Source: an uncultured Syntrophaceae bacterium
GTDB taxonomy: Bacteria; Desulfobacterota; Syntrophia; Syntrophales; UBA5619
Length of the DNA stretch: 64,000 nucleotides
Reading direction: 5' to 3'
NCBI GenBank assembly: GCA_964637025.1
Contig: CAZWTL010000003.1
Span: 4,056 to 68,055, forward strand
This document shows, in pieces, positions 53,597 to 61,284 of the stretch (within the stretch, counting starts at the first letter, position 1; every line of letters starts with the position of its first letter). A program made the translations under genes and the position numbers. The notes beneath the pieces were generated by a model. That model was not told the DNA's origin. It did not search any database and was given only the letters and a program-made list of their open reading frames with translations.

Positions 53597-53636
53597 GGCC
53601 TTCCGGACCCAATGGGCGACGGAAGGCCTTTTTTTT
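53597..53636 (+). terminator. Rho-independent terminator of cspA
   Basis: Perfect 9-bp stem GGCCTTCCG (53597-53605) / CGGAAGGCC (53620-53628), followed by T8 (53629-53636). Confidence 0.85.
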
Positions 53637-53805
53637 CGACCGCCGCATTCGCGCCCTACCCCGGGGCACATGCCCGGATGGCCTCAGGCCCCAATCCAGC
53701 GTTTCCCTTTCTTGAACCATTATGGTATCTTTAGGCCGGTCATCCGTGATCTGGGCGCAAACGGACCGCAATGGACGGATGCACGACCGATACGACGATA
53801 GCCCT

Positions 53806-54738
53806 ATGAATTACAGACCCCTGCTTCTGCTAGCCTCCTTTCTGATCTGTGTGGTATTGGCGGTTGTTGTCAACCTCCTCTTCGCGGTCGATATCGTCTA
53901 TACCCATCTCTTCTATATCCCCATCATCCTCACAGGGATCTGGTACCCCCGATACGCCCTTTTGATGGCCGCCGCACTGGGGCTGATCCACATCGCCTGT
54001 GACCATGCGACGGCGGAAACATTCAAGTTCGGGGCGCTGCTCAGAGCCGTTCTGTTTGTTGCGGTGGCCTCTGTAACCCGGCATCTCGCGTTGAGACAGG
54101 AGAGACTGCTCCATTCACTGCGCGAGAGCGAGGAGCGTTTTGCCAAGGTTTTCCGTCTCAGCCCGGCCCCGCTCATGATCAGTTCGATCGATGAAGGCCG
54201 CTTCCTCGACGTGAACGATCAGGGGCTCGCGATGCTGGGATATTTGCGGAAGGAAATGGTGGGGCGCACCTCTGCCGAACTGTCCCTGTTCAAGGATGGC
54301 GAGGTCCGGGATGCGTATGTGAAGAAGCTGGTTCAGCAGGGATTCCTGCGTAGCGAACCGGTTCAGCTGCGAACGAAACAGGGGGGGATCCGGGAGGTCC
54401 TCTGGTCGGCGGAAACCATCCACCACCAGAACGGGAACGTCATTTTATCGCTCTTCTACGACATTACGGAACGTCAGCAGGCGGAAAACGAGCGGGCGAA
54501 GCTGCTTTTGAGGCTTCAAAAGGCGATTTCGGATATCAACGTGCTGAGCGGACTGATTCCCATCTGCTCCTCCTGCAAAAAAATCCGCGACGACAAGGGT
54601 TACTGGAATTTGCTGGAATCATACATCGAGGCGCACTCGGCCGCCGAGTTCAGCCATGGGATCTGTCCCGAGTGCATGAAGAAATTGAATCCGAATTACT
54701 ATGAAAAGCACTACAAAAAAATGCACCATATCGATTGA
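53806..54738 (+). CDS. Membrane-anchored PAS-domain protein with a C-terminal Cys-rich (CxxC...HGxCPxC) motif and no kinase domain
   Basis: N-terminal hydrophobic segments, then a PAS core (FAKVFRLSPAPLMISS...GYLRKEMVGRT). The C-terminus reads IPICSSCKKIRDDKGYWNLLESYIEAHSAAEFSHGICPECMKKL. The start is uncertain (ATG 53722, 53779 or 53806). Confidence 0.7.
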   Translation: MNYRPLLLLASFLICVVLAVVVNLLFAVDIVYTHLFYIPIILTGIWYPRYALLMAAALGLIHIACDHATAETFKFGALLRAVLFVAVASVTRHLALRQERLLHSLRESEERFAKVFRLSPAPLMISSIDEGRFLDVNDQGLAMLGYLRKEMVGRTSAELSLFKDGEVRDAYVKKLVQQGFLRSEPVQLRTKQGGIREVLWSAETIHHQNGNVILSLFYDITERQQAENERAKLLLRLQKAISDINVLSGLIPICSSCKKIRDDKGYWNLLESYIEAHSAAEFSHGICPECMKKLNPNYYEKHYKKMHHID

Positions 54739-54904
54739 ATGCTGAACGGAAATGATTCCCTCCCACATGCTCCCTCGCAGGGGGATGATTCTCTTTTCGT
54801 GTTTGTTGCCCTGTTTCCAGCGAACATGGCCTAAAATCAGACGATGCGGCGCCTGTGCTGCAACTGAAACGAAAAATCCCGATTCCGGCAAGCCATCCTG
54901 AGGT

Positions 54905-55912
54905 TTACCTTCGGCCGCTGCCGCCGGAGCCTCCGGGGCCCGATCCGTTCCCTCCTCCGGAGCTGCCCGATTCACCACCCCCACCGGAGTTTCCCGATCC
55001 GCTGGAGCCGCCGTCACTGCCGGAACCTGCTCCATCGCCTCCTCCGGCTCCCCCCGATCCACCGGATCCACCCGGACTGCCGGAGCCGCTATCGCTTCCG
55101 GAACCTGCGGATGATCCTGGTCCTCGGCCGCCCGATCCGGAATCGCCTCCAGCCCCCGTCCCGAGCCCTCCTGCCCTCGCTCCTCCGCTGATCCGGGCGC
55201 CGTATTGCTGCGCGATGCTTTCCGTCTTTCCGGATCGGGCCTCTGTGACAAAGGTGTTTCTCATCTGCGTCATCTCCCAGGCCGTGAATTGATGCTGCAG
55301 GGCCTGGCATACGACGTCCGCGACCGTCTCAGAGGAGACGCCAAACCTTGCCATCTCGCGGACCGTTTGAAAGGATTGGACGGCCAATTCTGCCCTCTGA
55401 TCCCGGCTGAGACGGCGTTCCTGCTGCCGGATACTGTCCGTGATCCGCGTCACATCCTTTTCCCGGACGCCGGCCGTCATCCCCTCGGCGATGGCCGTTC
55501 CCAGCGCCTGCCGCTGTTTTTCATCGGTCGTCACGGTCCTCGCCGCAGCGAACGCCACGGAATAGCGGGAACGAACGAGATCCATCGCCTTCACGGTCCT
55601 TTCGGCCTCCACGCGTTTGGCGACCCCCTCAAAGGCCTTGTTCACGATCGGCTGAACCGGCAGTCCTTCCTGCCTGGCTTTGATGACGATCTCATGCGCC
55701 CGGATCATGAGGCTTTCGCTGAATCGGCTCTCCTCCATTTTAGCCGTCAACGAAACGACCTCATCCGGATCGACGCCTGCACGGATGGCATCCCGGATGC
55801 TGGCCCTGATTTGTTCCGATGCGCCGGACGGCAGCCGGCTCTCCGGATCCGCCCCGTAGACGGTCGTTCCGAACAACATCAGGACCGTCGTTATGGCAAT
55901 TAACCTTCTCAT
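54905..55912 (-). CDS. Secreted hypothetical protein with a helical N-domain and a C-terminal Gly/Ser/Asp-rich tail of about 105 aa
   Basis: Signal peptide MRRLIAITTVLMLFGTTVYGA. The tail reads GGARAGGLGTGAGGDSGSGGRGPGSS...GSGGSGRR. Last gene downstream of the ECF sigma unit. Confidence 0.6.
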   Translation of the reverse strand: MRRLIAITTVLMLFGTTVYGADPESRLPSGASEQIRASIRDAIRAGVDPDEVVSLTAKMEESRFSESLMIRAHEIVIKARQEGLPVQPIVNKAFEGVAKRVEAERTVKAMDLVRSRYSVAFAAARTVTTDEKQRQALGTAIAEGMTAGVREKDVTRITDSIRQQERRLSRDQRAELAVQSFQTVREMARFGVSSETVADVVCQALQHQFTAWEMTQMRNTFVTEARSGKTESIAQQYGARISGGARAGGLGTGAGGDSGSGGRGPGSSAGSGSDSGSGSPGGSGGSGGAGGGDGAGSGSDGGSSGSGNSGGGGESGSSGGGNGSGPGGSGGSGRR

Positions 55913-56002
55913 CGCTTCACCCCTTCATTCTCCCGTTTGACATTAAAACGTCCACGGAGGGATCATGGTTACACCATCGGCCGAGGCAATCCCTGCCGGT
56001 CC

Positions 56003-56326
56003 CTACAGACCGGGTCTGTACAGGCAGTTATATGATCCGAAATCGTCCACTTCCCGATATCGGCAGTCGGGACGGTGCACGTTGCCGTCCACAATATAGA
56101 AGTAGGTGAACTCCCTGTCCGGGGCAACCACCTCCCAGGTCTTTTCGTCCCTCTTCTGTGCCGCTTGGCGTTCGAATCCCGCCAGGGAGGCGGAGAAAAG
56201 CACTTCACGGGCATCTGCGTCCCTCAGCCGGAGGTGCACCCGGTCATCCGCCCGAAAGTAGGAATGGTCCGCACATCCGGTTATGAGAAGAGCAACGGCC
56301 AGCAGCCTCCGGAAGGCCGACATCAT
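56003..56326 (-). CDS. Lipoprotein with an E-set/CBM48 (AMPK-beta glycogen-binding)-like domain
   Basis: Lipobox LLITGC. The pattern VLFSASLAGF....W...........YFYIVDGNV..D......DDFGSYN is typical of CBM48-like beta-sandwiches. Confidence 0.55.
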   Translation of the reverse strand: MMSAFRRLLAVALLITGCADHSYFRADDRVHLRLRDADAREVLFSASLAGFERQAAQKRDEKTWEVVAPDREFTYFYIVDGNVHRPDCRYREVDDFGSYNCLYRPGL

Positions 56327-56880
56327 AACGCCGTGCCTCCGATGGAGAGGATGGTGTTTTCGCTGCCGAAATCATCCTCCTCCCGGGTCTGGATGGTCGG
56401 ATCGGACACCCTCACCTTCCCGTTGAGAACGTAGGCGAACCGGTGTTCTCCGGGAGGAAGGCTGGAGGTGTATTCCCAGTAACCGCTCGACCCGGCATGA
56501 TTCATGGGAATCGTCTTCCAGCCGGTGAACGTGCCGGTGATTTCGACGCGGCTGGCGTCGGGGCGATACAGAACAAAACGGTAGGGGGTTCCCGACGGCG
56601 ACGGTGCCTGAGGAAGCAACAGGACGATCAGTGCCAATGCCGCTCCGGCGGCCACGAGCCCGACGGGGCGGAGAAGGCGGAAAAAGGACCGGCGTTTCGA
56701 CCGGATTTCCACCGCCGGATAACGATCCACGGGTTCCGACCGAAGCAGCCGCTCCTGCCGGAGGAGTTCAACCGTTTCGTCCTTGAACCGTTCCGATTCG
56801 TGGATGGTTTCCACGAAATCGATCTTGTCTTCAAGGGTCATTTCATCGTCGATAAACTGGCTGATCATCTGTGAACTCAT
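56323..56880 (-). CDS. Anti-sigma factor, single-pass, with a periplasmic CBM48-like domain
   Basis: 4-nt overlaps with the sigma gene upstream and the lipoprotein gene downstream. TM segment LVAAGAALALIVLLL. The C-terminus VEITGTFTGWKTIPM...GYWEYTSSLPPGEHRFAYVLNGKV..DP....EDDFGSEN is CBM48-like. Confidence 0.65.
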   Translation of the reverse strand: MSSQMISQFIDDEMTLEDKIDFVETIHESERFKDETVELLRQERLLRSEPVDRYPAVEIRSKRRSFFRLLRPVGLVAAGAALALIVLLLPQAPSPSGTPYRFVLYRPDASRVEITGTFTGWKTIPMNHAGSSGYWEYTSSLPPGEHRFAYVLNGKVRVSDPTIQTREEDDFGSENTILSIGGTAL

Positions 56881-57353
56881 CCTTCTGCCTCCCTGAGTTT
56901 TTCCCTGAGCTTGAGCCGGGCCCGGTGAACCTTCACCTTCACGTTGGCTTCGCTGATGCCCGCAAGGTCGGCGATTTCCCTGTAGGAGAGATCTTCACCC
57001 GTGGCCAGTGCCAGGACCTCCCTCTCGTCCTCGTCCAGCAGTTTCATCGCGGAGAGCACCCGGCGGTATTCGGACCGGACCATGAGGCGATGCTCCTGGT
57101 CCAGAGAAGGCTCCTCGCCCTCTTTCCCCCCGGCGCCTTCACGCTGCCGTCTCCTCAATTCGTCCGCAAAGAGATTCCGCGCGATCCCATATAACAGCGG
57201 GATCTCCCGGTTTTCCCGACCGTAATGTTCGAGATGCCGCGCAAAGGTCTCCTGCATGATGTCTCCGGCCGTACTGTAATCGCCGGTCAAGCGCATCAGA
57301 TAGTTGAAGATTTTTTTTCTGCAGTCACGGTAAAACGACCCATAGTCACTCAT
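56877..57353 (-). CDS. ECF-type RNA polymerase sigma-70 factor
   Basis: Region 2 (GDYSTAGDIMQETFARHLE...YGIARNLFADELRR) and region 4 (REVLALATGEDLSYREIADLAGISEANVKVKVHRARLKLRE). Confidence 0.9.
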   Translation of the reverse strand: MSDYGSFYRDCRKKIFNYLMRLTGDYSTAGDIMQETFARHLEHYGRENREIPLLYGIARNLFADELRRRQREGAGGKEGEEPSLDQEHRLMVRSEYRRVLSAMKLLDEDEREVLALATGEDLSYREIADLAGISEANVKVKVHRARLKLREKLREAEG

Positions 57354-57365
57354 ACTCGGTATTAT

Positions 57366-57392
57366 AACGGATTCAGGTCAAAAAGGTTACAG
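57366..57392 (-). promoter_or_regulatory. ECF-type promoter candidate for the sigma/anti-sigma operon (CTGTAACCTTTT-N9-TCCGTT)
   Basis: The minus strand reads CTGTAACCTTTT (57392-57381), N9, TCCGTT (57371-57366), which fits AAC-N16-CGT spacing. Only 12 nt separate the -10 element from the ATG, so the mRNA would be leaderless or near-leaderless. Confidence 0.5.
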
Positions 57393-57521
57393 CTTCGATC
57401 CGATGGGGCCTCTTGGGGGCAGGAAATGATCCCCGGGAGTCAATCCAATCCGGAGCAGGGAAGAGATTCAAGGAGGGGATGCTTCCGAATAAGCCGAATC
57501 GTTTCGAGGAATAAAAATATT

Positions 57522-57548
57522 CTGTAACCTTTTCGCCGGATGTCCGTT
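57522..57548 (+). promoter_or_regulatory. ECF-type promoter candidate for the glycine-rich protein gene (same motif in divergent orientation)
   Basis: CTGTAACCTTTT (57522-57533), N9, TCCGTT (57543-57548). Boxes and spacing are identical to the minus-strand copy at 57366-57392. Confidence 0.5.
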
Positions 57549-57662
57549 TCAGATGTCAAAAGGCGTCATGAGTGCCGTTTGAGGGACCATGATCGGCTTC
57601 TGTTGCAATGGGAGGACGAAATGGTCAAACTGCGAACCCTGTTTAAGATTGGAGGTTATCCG

Positions 57663-58061
57663 ATGAAGCGTATGTTGATGGTGGGTTTTTCTTTGATGAT
57701 CCTGTTCCTTTTGAGCGTGCCGGCCTGGAGTTCAAGCGGGGCAGGCATGAATGTGGGCGGTCATTTCATCCTCGCCAAGGGCGGAAACGGCGGAGGCAAT
57801 GGGGGCTCCGGAGGCGGAAGCGGTTCAGGAAACGGTTCCTGCGATGGTGCGGGCGGCGGCAGCGGTACGGGAAACGGCCCCGGCGACGGTACGGGCAATA
57901 GCGGAGACGGCCCCCAGGACGGTACCGGCTACGGACCCGGCGAGGCTTCCGGAAACGGCCATGGCAGAGGTTCGGGATACGGTCCCGGCGACGGCACGGG
58001 CAATAGCGGAGACGCCCCCCAGGACGGTACCGGTTACGGTCCCGGCGAATGCAAGGTTTGA
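57663..58061 (+). CDS. Secreted glycine-rich repeat protein (132 aa)
   Basis: ATG 57663 follows GGAGG. Signal peptide MKRMLMVGFSLMILFLLSVPAWS. The rest is a GGNGG/GSGG tract plus two copies of GDGTGNSGD(G/A)PQDGTGYGPGE. Confidence 0.65.
   Translation: MKRMLMVGFSLMILFLLSVPAWSSSGAGMNVGGHFILAKGGNGGGNGGSGGGSGSGNGSCDGAGGGSGTGNGPGDGTGNSGDGPQDGTGYGPGEASGNGHGRGSGYGPGDGTGNSGDAPQDGTGYGPGECKV
57882..58049 (+). repeat. Imperfect 63-nt direct repeat with a 105-nt period, inside the glycine-rich gene
   Basis: Copy 1 at 57882-57944 and copy 2 at 57987-58049 differ at a few third-codon positions. Each encodes GDGTGNSGDxPQDGTGYGPGE. Confidence 0.8.
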
Positions 58062-58089
58062 CCGAGACGGTAAATTCCCTGTCAGCGGC

Positions 58090-58124
58090 CCATGGGTCCC
58101 CCGGCACTGCCGGAGGACCCATGG
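58090..58124. terminator. Strong hairpin between convergent genes (glycine-rich gene and polyferredoxin gene)
   Basis: CCATGGGTCC (58090-58099) pairs with GGACCCATGG (58115-58124), with an inner CCGG/CCGG extension. No clean T-run. Confidence 0.4.
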
Positions 58125-58247
58125 AGTATGAAATTTCCGGTTTAATAAGCGGTCCCGCTTTCGGATTGAACGGCGCATCCCAGCAGCTGTCGCCCGGCCG
58201 TCTCCAGATTGGAATTCAAGACCGGGCCGCTGCTGCTTGGCGGATGG

Positions 58248-59411
58248 CTAAAGGGATCTCCCCTCCGGCGGCCGGACGCGTCTGCCGGCTGACAGACGGA
58301 TTGATCCCGTCGGGCAGACCTCGATACAGGTCCCGCACGCAAAACAGTCCGGGATTACCCTGTCCCGTTTCAGGATCGCCCCCATTACGGTCGAAGGACA
58401 TGCCCTTTCACAGGAGCGGCATCCGATGCAGGTCTGATGGTCTACGGTGATTTTGAACAAACTGACTTTTTCGACAATCCAGCCGACGAGCCCGAACGGA
58501 CAGAAAAATTGACACCAGGGCCGGTACACGAAGAGCGATGAAAGCAGGATCAAGCCGAGAAATAAACCTCCTCCGACAGTGATCGTAGCCGGATTGTAGA
58601 TCTTGAAGGGATCGACCGGATCGACCAGATCCGTTGTCCATAAAAACGCGGCCGCCGTGAATATCAGAAAGAAAGCGATCCGGACAGAATGGGTCCAGAG
58701 GAACGGCGGCCGATACTGCCTCAGGATTCCTTTTGTGTCCCGGCGATTCCGGTTCAGGCGGAAAATCAGGTCCTGGAGCGTCCCCGCCTGGCATCCCCAG
58801 GCGCAGATGAACTTATTGGCGAGGAGCACCATCAGCAGGAAAAGGGTCAAGGCGACCATCCGGGGTGGAAAGACGACCCTCTTGGCGCCGAACAGGACGA
58901 TGGCGTCCTTGACCGTGCCCATCGGGCCGGGATCCGATCCGAGGATGACGCCGAAGACCGCCACTGCCGCCAGGTAGAGACCGGGACGCAGGCCGGGGGT
59001 GATTTTCCTGCGGCGCATCATCACAAAGACCGTTACGAGAAAGAGAATCCACAGACCGAACTTCAGGGGGATCTTCGCCCAGTTTTTCGATTCGTATTCG
59101 ACAGCCAGCGCACGTGCCTTATCCACCTTCTGAACCAGTTCGTCACGGGAAAGGTTCAGGCTCTCCAGGGGTTTCTGCCCATCAGCCCTGCCTTGCAGCG
59201 AAAAGGCTCTTTTCACGACCTCGTCGGACAACCCGTTTTCCCCGGTGAATTCTGCGATGGTCATGCCGTCCCGGAACACCAGCGGGACGGCATGACCCTG
59301 CTTCTCCTGTTTACCCTGCCACAGGGACGTAGCCAAAAGAGAGAAAAGGACAACCGACATGATCAGAATGAAGAATCGCGCCCATGGGGGTTTTGCCGTT
59401 TTTTCATCCAC
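58248..59411 (-). CDS. Membrane-bound polyferredoxin, NapH/MauN/NosR-like 4Fe-4S binding protein
   Basis: Several TM segments. Membrane-face Cys motifs CAWGCQAG and WCQFFCPFG. C-terminal 2x[4Fe-4S] region CIGCRSCERACP / CFACGTCIEVCP. Confidence 0.75.
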   Translation of the reverse strand: MDEKTAKPPWARFFILIMSVVLFSLLATSLWQGKQEKQGHAVPLVFRDGMTIAEFTGENGLSDEVVKRAFSLQGRADGQKPLESLNLSRDELVQKVDKARALAVEYESKNWAKIPLKFGLWILFLVTVFVMMRRRKITPGLRPGLYLAAVAVFGVILGSDPGPMGTVKDAIVLFGAKRVVFPPRMVALTLFLLMVLLANKFICAWGCQAGTLQDLIFRLNRNRRDTKGILRQYRPPFLWTHSVRIAFFLIFTAAAFLWTTDLVDPVDPFKIYNPATITVGGGLFLGLILLSSLFVYRPWCQFFCPFGLVGWIVEKVSLFKITVDHQTCIGCRSCERACPSTVMGAILKRDRVIPDCFACGTCIEVCPTGSIRLSAGRRVRPPEGRSL

Positions 59412-59412
59412 C

Positions 59413-60273
59413 TTATGCTTCCTCGCCGGGAGATTTCAATGCCGTATCATGCGGCGTCTCTTTTGGCGCCGATTCCCCGGATTCGGCAGACTCCCCTTCT
59501 GAAAGGGGTGCAGGACCCGGAAACGGCGCTGCAGCCGAGGCTTTCGTCTGCCCTTCCGAAAGGGCCCCATCCTTGTCTGTTTTCTTTTCCGAAATGATCC
59601 GCTGCGGCTCCATCCGGGCCAGCCACAGGGGATGGCGGTGGCGCGCATAATCGAGCCGGACCATCCCGGTGAAGACCCCCCGGATCATGGGCCGGTTCGG
59701 TTTGAGGAGGATGGCTCCGATGTGGGCAATAAACGCCAAGACAAAAAGCACAAAGAAGATGTTGTGAAGCCAGGTCGCCCAGAGGACGAGGGTGTAGTTC
59801 ATATCCGGGACGAAAAGATTCTTGGCGGTTTTGACCATACCGGAAAGGATCAGAACGGCGATGATCGCGGCCATGCCGACATAGGCGATCCGTTGCTCCG
59901 GCAGGTATTTGTCGAACGGCGGCTCCTCGCCCTTTCCGAAGAAGGTTTTGATGACGGCGATGGAAGTCTTCAGGTCGTCCCGGTGCGGCATCAGCCCCCG
60001 TTCGCCGGTCAGCCCATGGTAGAAGAGATGGAACAGCGCGGCGGCGATGAAGACCACGGATGCCGCATAATGGACCGACAGCGAGGTGATGAAATCGCCG
60101 GACCAGGCGAACCCGGGAATGGATGTGATACGGTAACGTGCGGCCATGGGAAGCTCGAACATACCGGACAGGATCAGGAGCAGTCCGGAAAGGGCGATCG
60201 CCCAATGTTCCACAAGCTCGACCAGGCTGTGTCGAACCACACGGTTCTTCTCTTCGATAATGCGTTCCGGCAT
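59413..60273 (-). CDS. Cytochrome b, formate dehydrogenase gamma / Ni-Fe hydrogenase b-type cytochrome family
   Basis: Four-helix membrane protein with VEHWAIALSGLLLILSG, HYAASVVF...FHLFYH and WLHNIFFVLFVLAFIAHI, which carry His ligand candidates. Confidence 0.7.
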   Translation of the reverse strand: MPERIIEEKNRVVRHSLVELVEHWAIALSGLLLILSGMFELPMAARYRITSIPGFAWSGDFITSLSVHYAASVVFIAAALFHLFYHGLTGERGLMPHRDDLKTSIAVIKTFFGKGEEPPFDKYLPEQRIAYVGMAAIIAVLILSGMVKTAKNLFVPDMNYTLVLWATWLHNIFFVLFVLAFIAHIGAILLKPNRPMIRGVFTGMVRLDYARHRHPLWLARMEPQRIISEKKTDKDGALSEGQTKASAAAPFPGPAPLSEGESAESGESAPKETPHDTALKSPGEEA

Positions 60274-60276
60274 GAT

Positions 60277-61263
60277 TCAGCCCTCCCTCTTCGACCCGCT
60301 TTTCCTCTTGGAGACGAATGCGAAGATCCCCGCCGCGGCCCCGATCGCCGGAGCAGCCAGCGCGATTTTCCCCAGCCCGTCGGTTCTTTCCATTCTTCGG
60401 ACGACCGGCCCGAGACCCGGTCGTCCGGAATCCCTCTGTATGGAGGCATTGAGCGCGTCGAAAGCGACGGCGGAAACATACAGGGTGCTCGTCCCGCCGT
60501 TTTCATGCTTCCCGTAGAGGTGGCCTCCCATCTTCTTGGCCAGTTCCTCGGCCCTGGCAAAAATTTCCTCTCGGGGTCCGATGGCCATCGCCTGTCTTGG
60601 GCAGGCCGCGATGCATGCCGGAGTTTTTCCCTCCCTGAGCAGGTCGTTGCAGAGATCGCACTTGACCATGATGCCGTTTCCCATCAGCGTCGGCAGAACC
60701 TTAAGATAGATGCCGATGCCCGACTGGCGCTGCGGGATCTGCCAAGGGCAGACGGTCTTGCACTTGGCCCCGCCGAAGCAGGTTTCGGAATCGATCACCA
60801 CGGCCCCGTTGGGATGCTTGTGGTTCGAGGCGAACGGGCAGAGCGTGGCGCAGGCCGGGTTGTCGCAGTGCATGCACCTTCTCGGGATGAAAACGGTCTG
60901 CCTCTTTCCGCCGACGTTTGCCTCTGCCTTCTGGACGAAGATCAGATTGTAGGGCGTCAGCCGGTCGTGAACCTCCCGCTTCTTCGACCAATCCTCGACC
61001 CTGCGGGTGGGGAAAGGAACCGGAATCGGGTCCATCGGCTCCGGCAGGCTTCCCGTCTTGATTTTCTTGCACGAGGAGACGCAAGCCGGAACATCGAGGC
61101 CGCTGCAGCCGTCGCAGCGGGTCAGATCGATCAATGTGGCAAGTTCCCCCTCTCCCGCCCATGCCTTGCGCGGCACATCGAGCAGCGCCGCTGTGCCGAT
61201 CAGGGCGGAGGCGGCGGCCGATTTCAGGAAACCCCGGCGATTCAAACACGATTCTTTGCCCAT
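60277..61263 (-). CDS. Tat-exported 4x[4Fe-4S]-type ferredoxin subunit (FdnH/HybA-like) with a C-terminal membrane anchor
   Basis: Tat signal NRRGFLKSAAASAL. Cys clusters CMHCDNPACATLCP, CFGGAKCKTVCP, CDLCNDLL...PACIAACP. C-terminal TM IALAAPAIGAAAGIFAFV. Confidence 0.8.
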   Translation of the reverse strand: MGKESCLNRRGFLKSAAASALIGTAALLDVPRKAWAGEGELATLIDLTRCDGCSGLDVPACVSSCKKIKTGSLPEPMDPIPVPFPTRRVEDWSKKREVHDRLTPYNLIFVQKAEANVGGKRQTVFIPRRCMHCDNPACATLCPFASNHKHPNGAVVIDSETCFGGAKCKTVCPWQIPQRQSGIGIYLKVLPTLMGNGIMVKCDLCNDLLREGKTPACIAACPRQAMAIGPREEIFARAEELAKKMGGHLYGKHENGGTSTLYVSAVAFDALNASIQRDSGRPGLGPVVRRMERTDGLGKIALAAPAIGAAAGIFAFVSKRKSGSKREG

Positions 61264-61284
61264 TTTATCCCTCCCTGTACCCCA

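Noticed and set aside
54855-55292. Proline-rich 145-aa plus-strand ORF (PPEPPGPDPFPPPELPDSPPPPEF...)
   Set aside because: It is the reverse-complement reading of the Gly/Ser-rich tail of 54905-55912, because GGN codons mirror to NCC (Pro/Ser). The minus-strand gene has a signal peptide and a structured N-domain, whereas this frame has no start context.
57751-58178. Several overlapping ORFs in other frames and strands across the glycine-rich gene (57751-58131+, 57766-58122-, 57825-58178-), and the possibility that the periodic repeats are a CRISPR-like array
   Set aside because: The periodicity (63-nt units, 105-nt period, plus GGN tracts) is in phase with a signal-peptide-bearing ORF that has a good RBS. 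There are no unique spacers, no palindromic repeat of CRISPR size, and no cas genes in the window.
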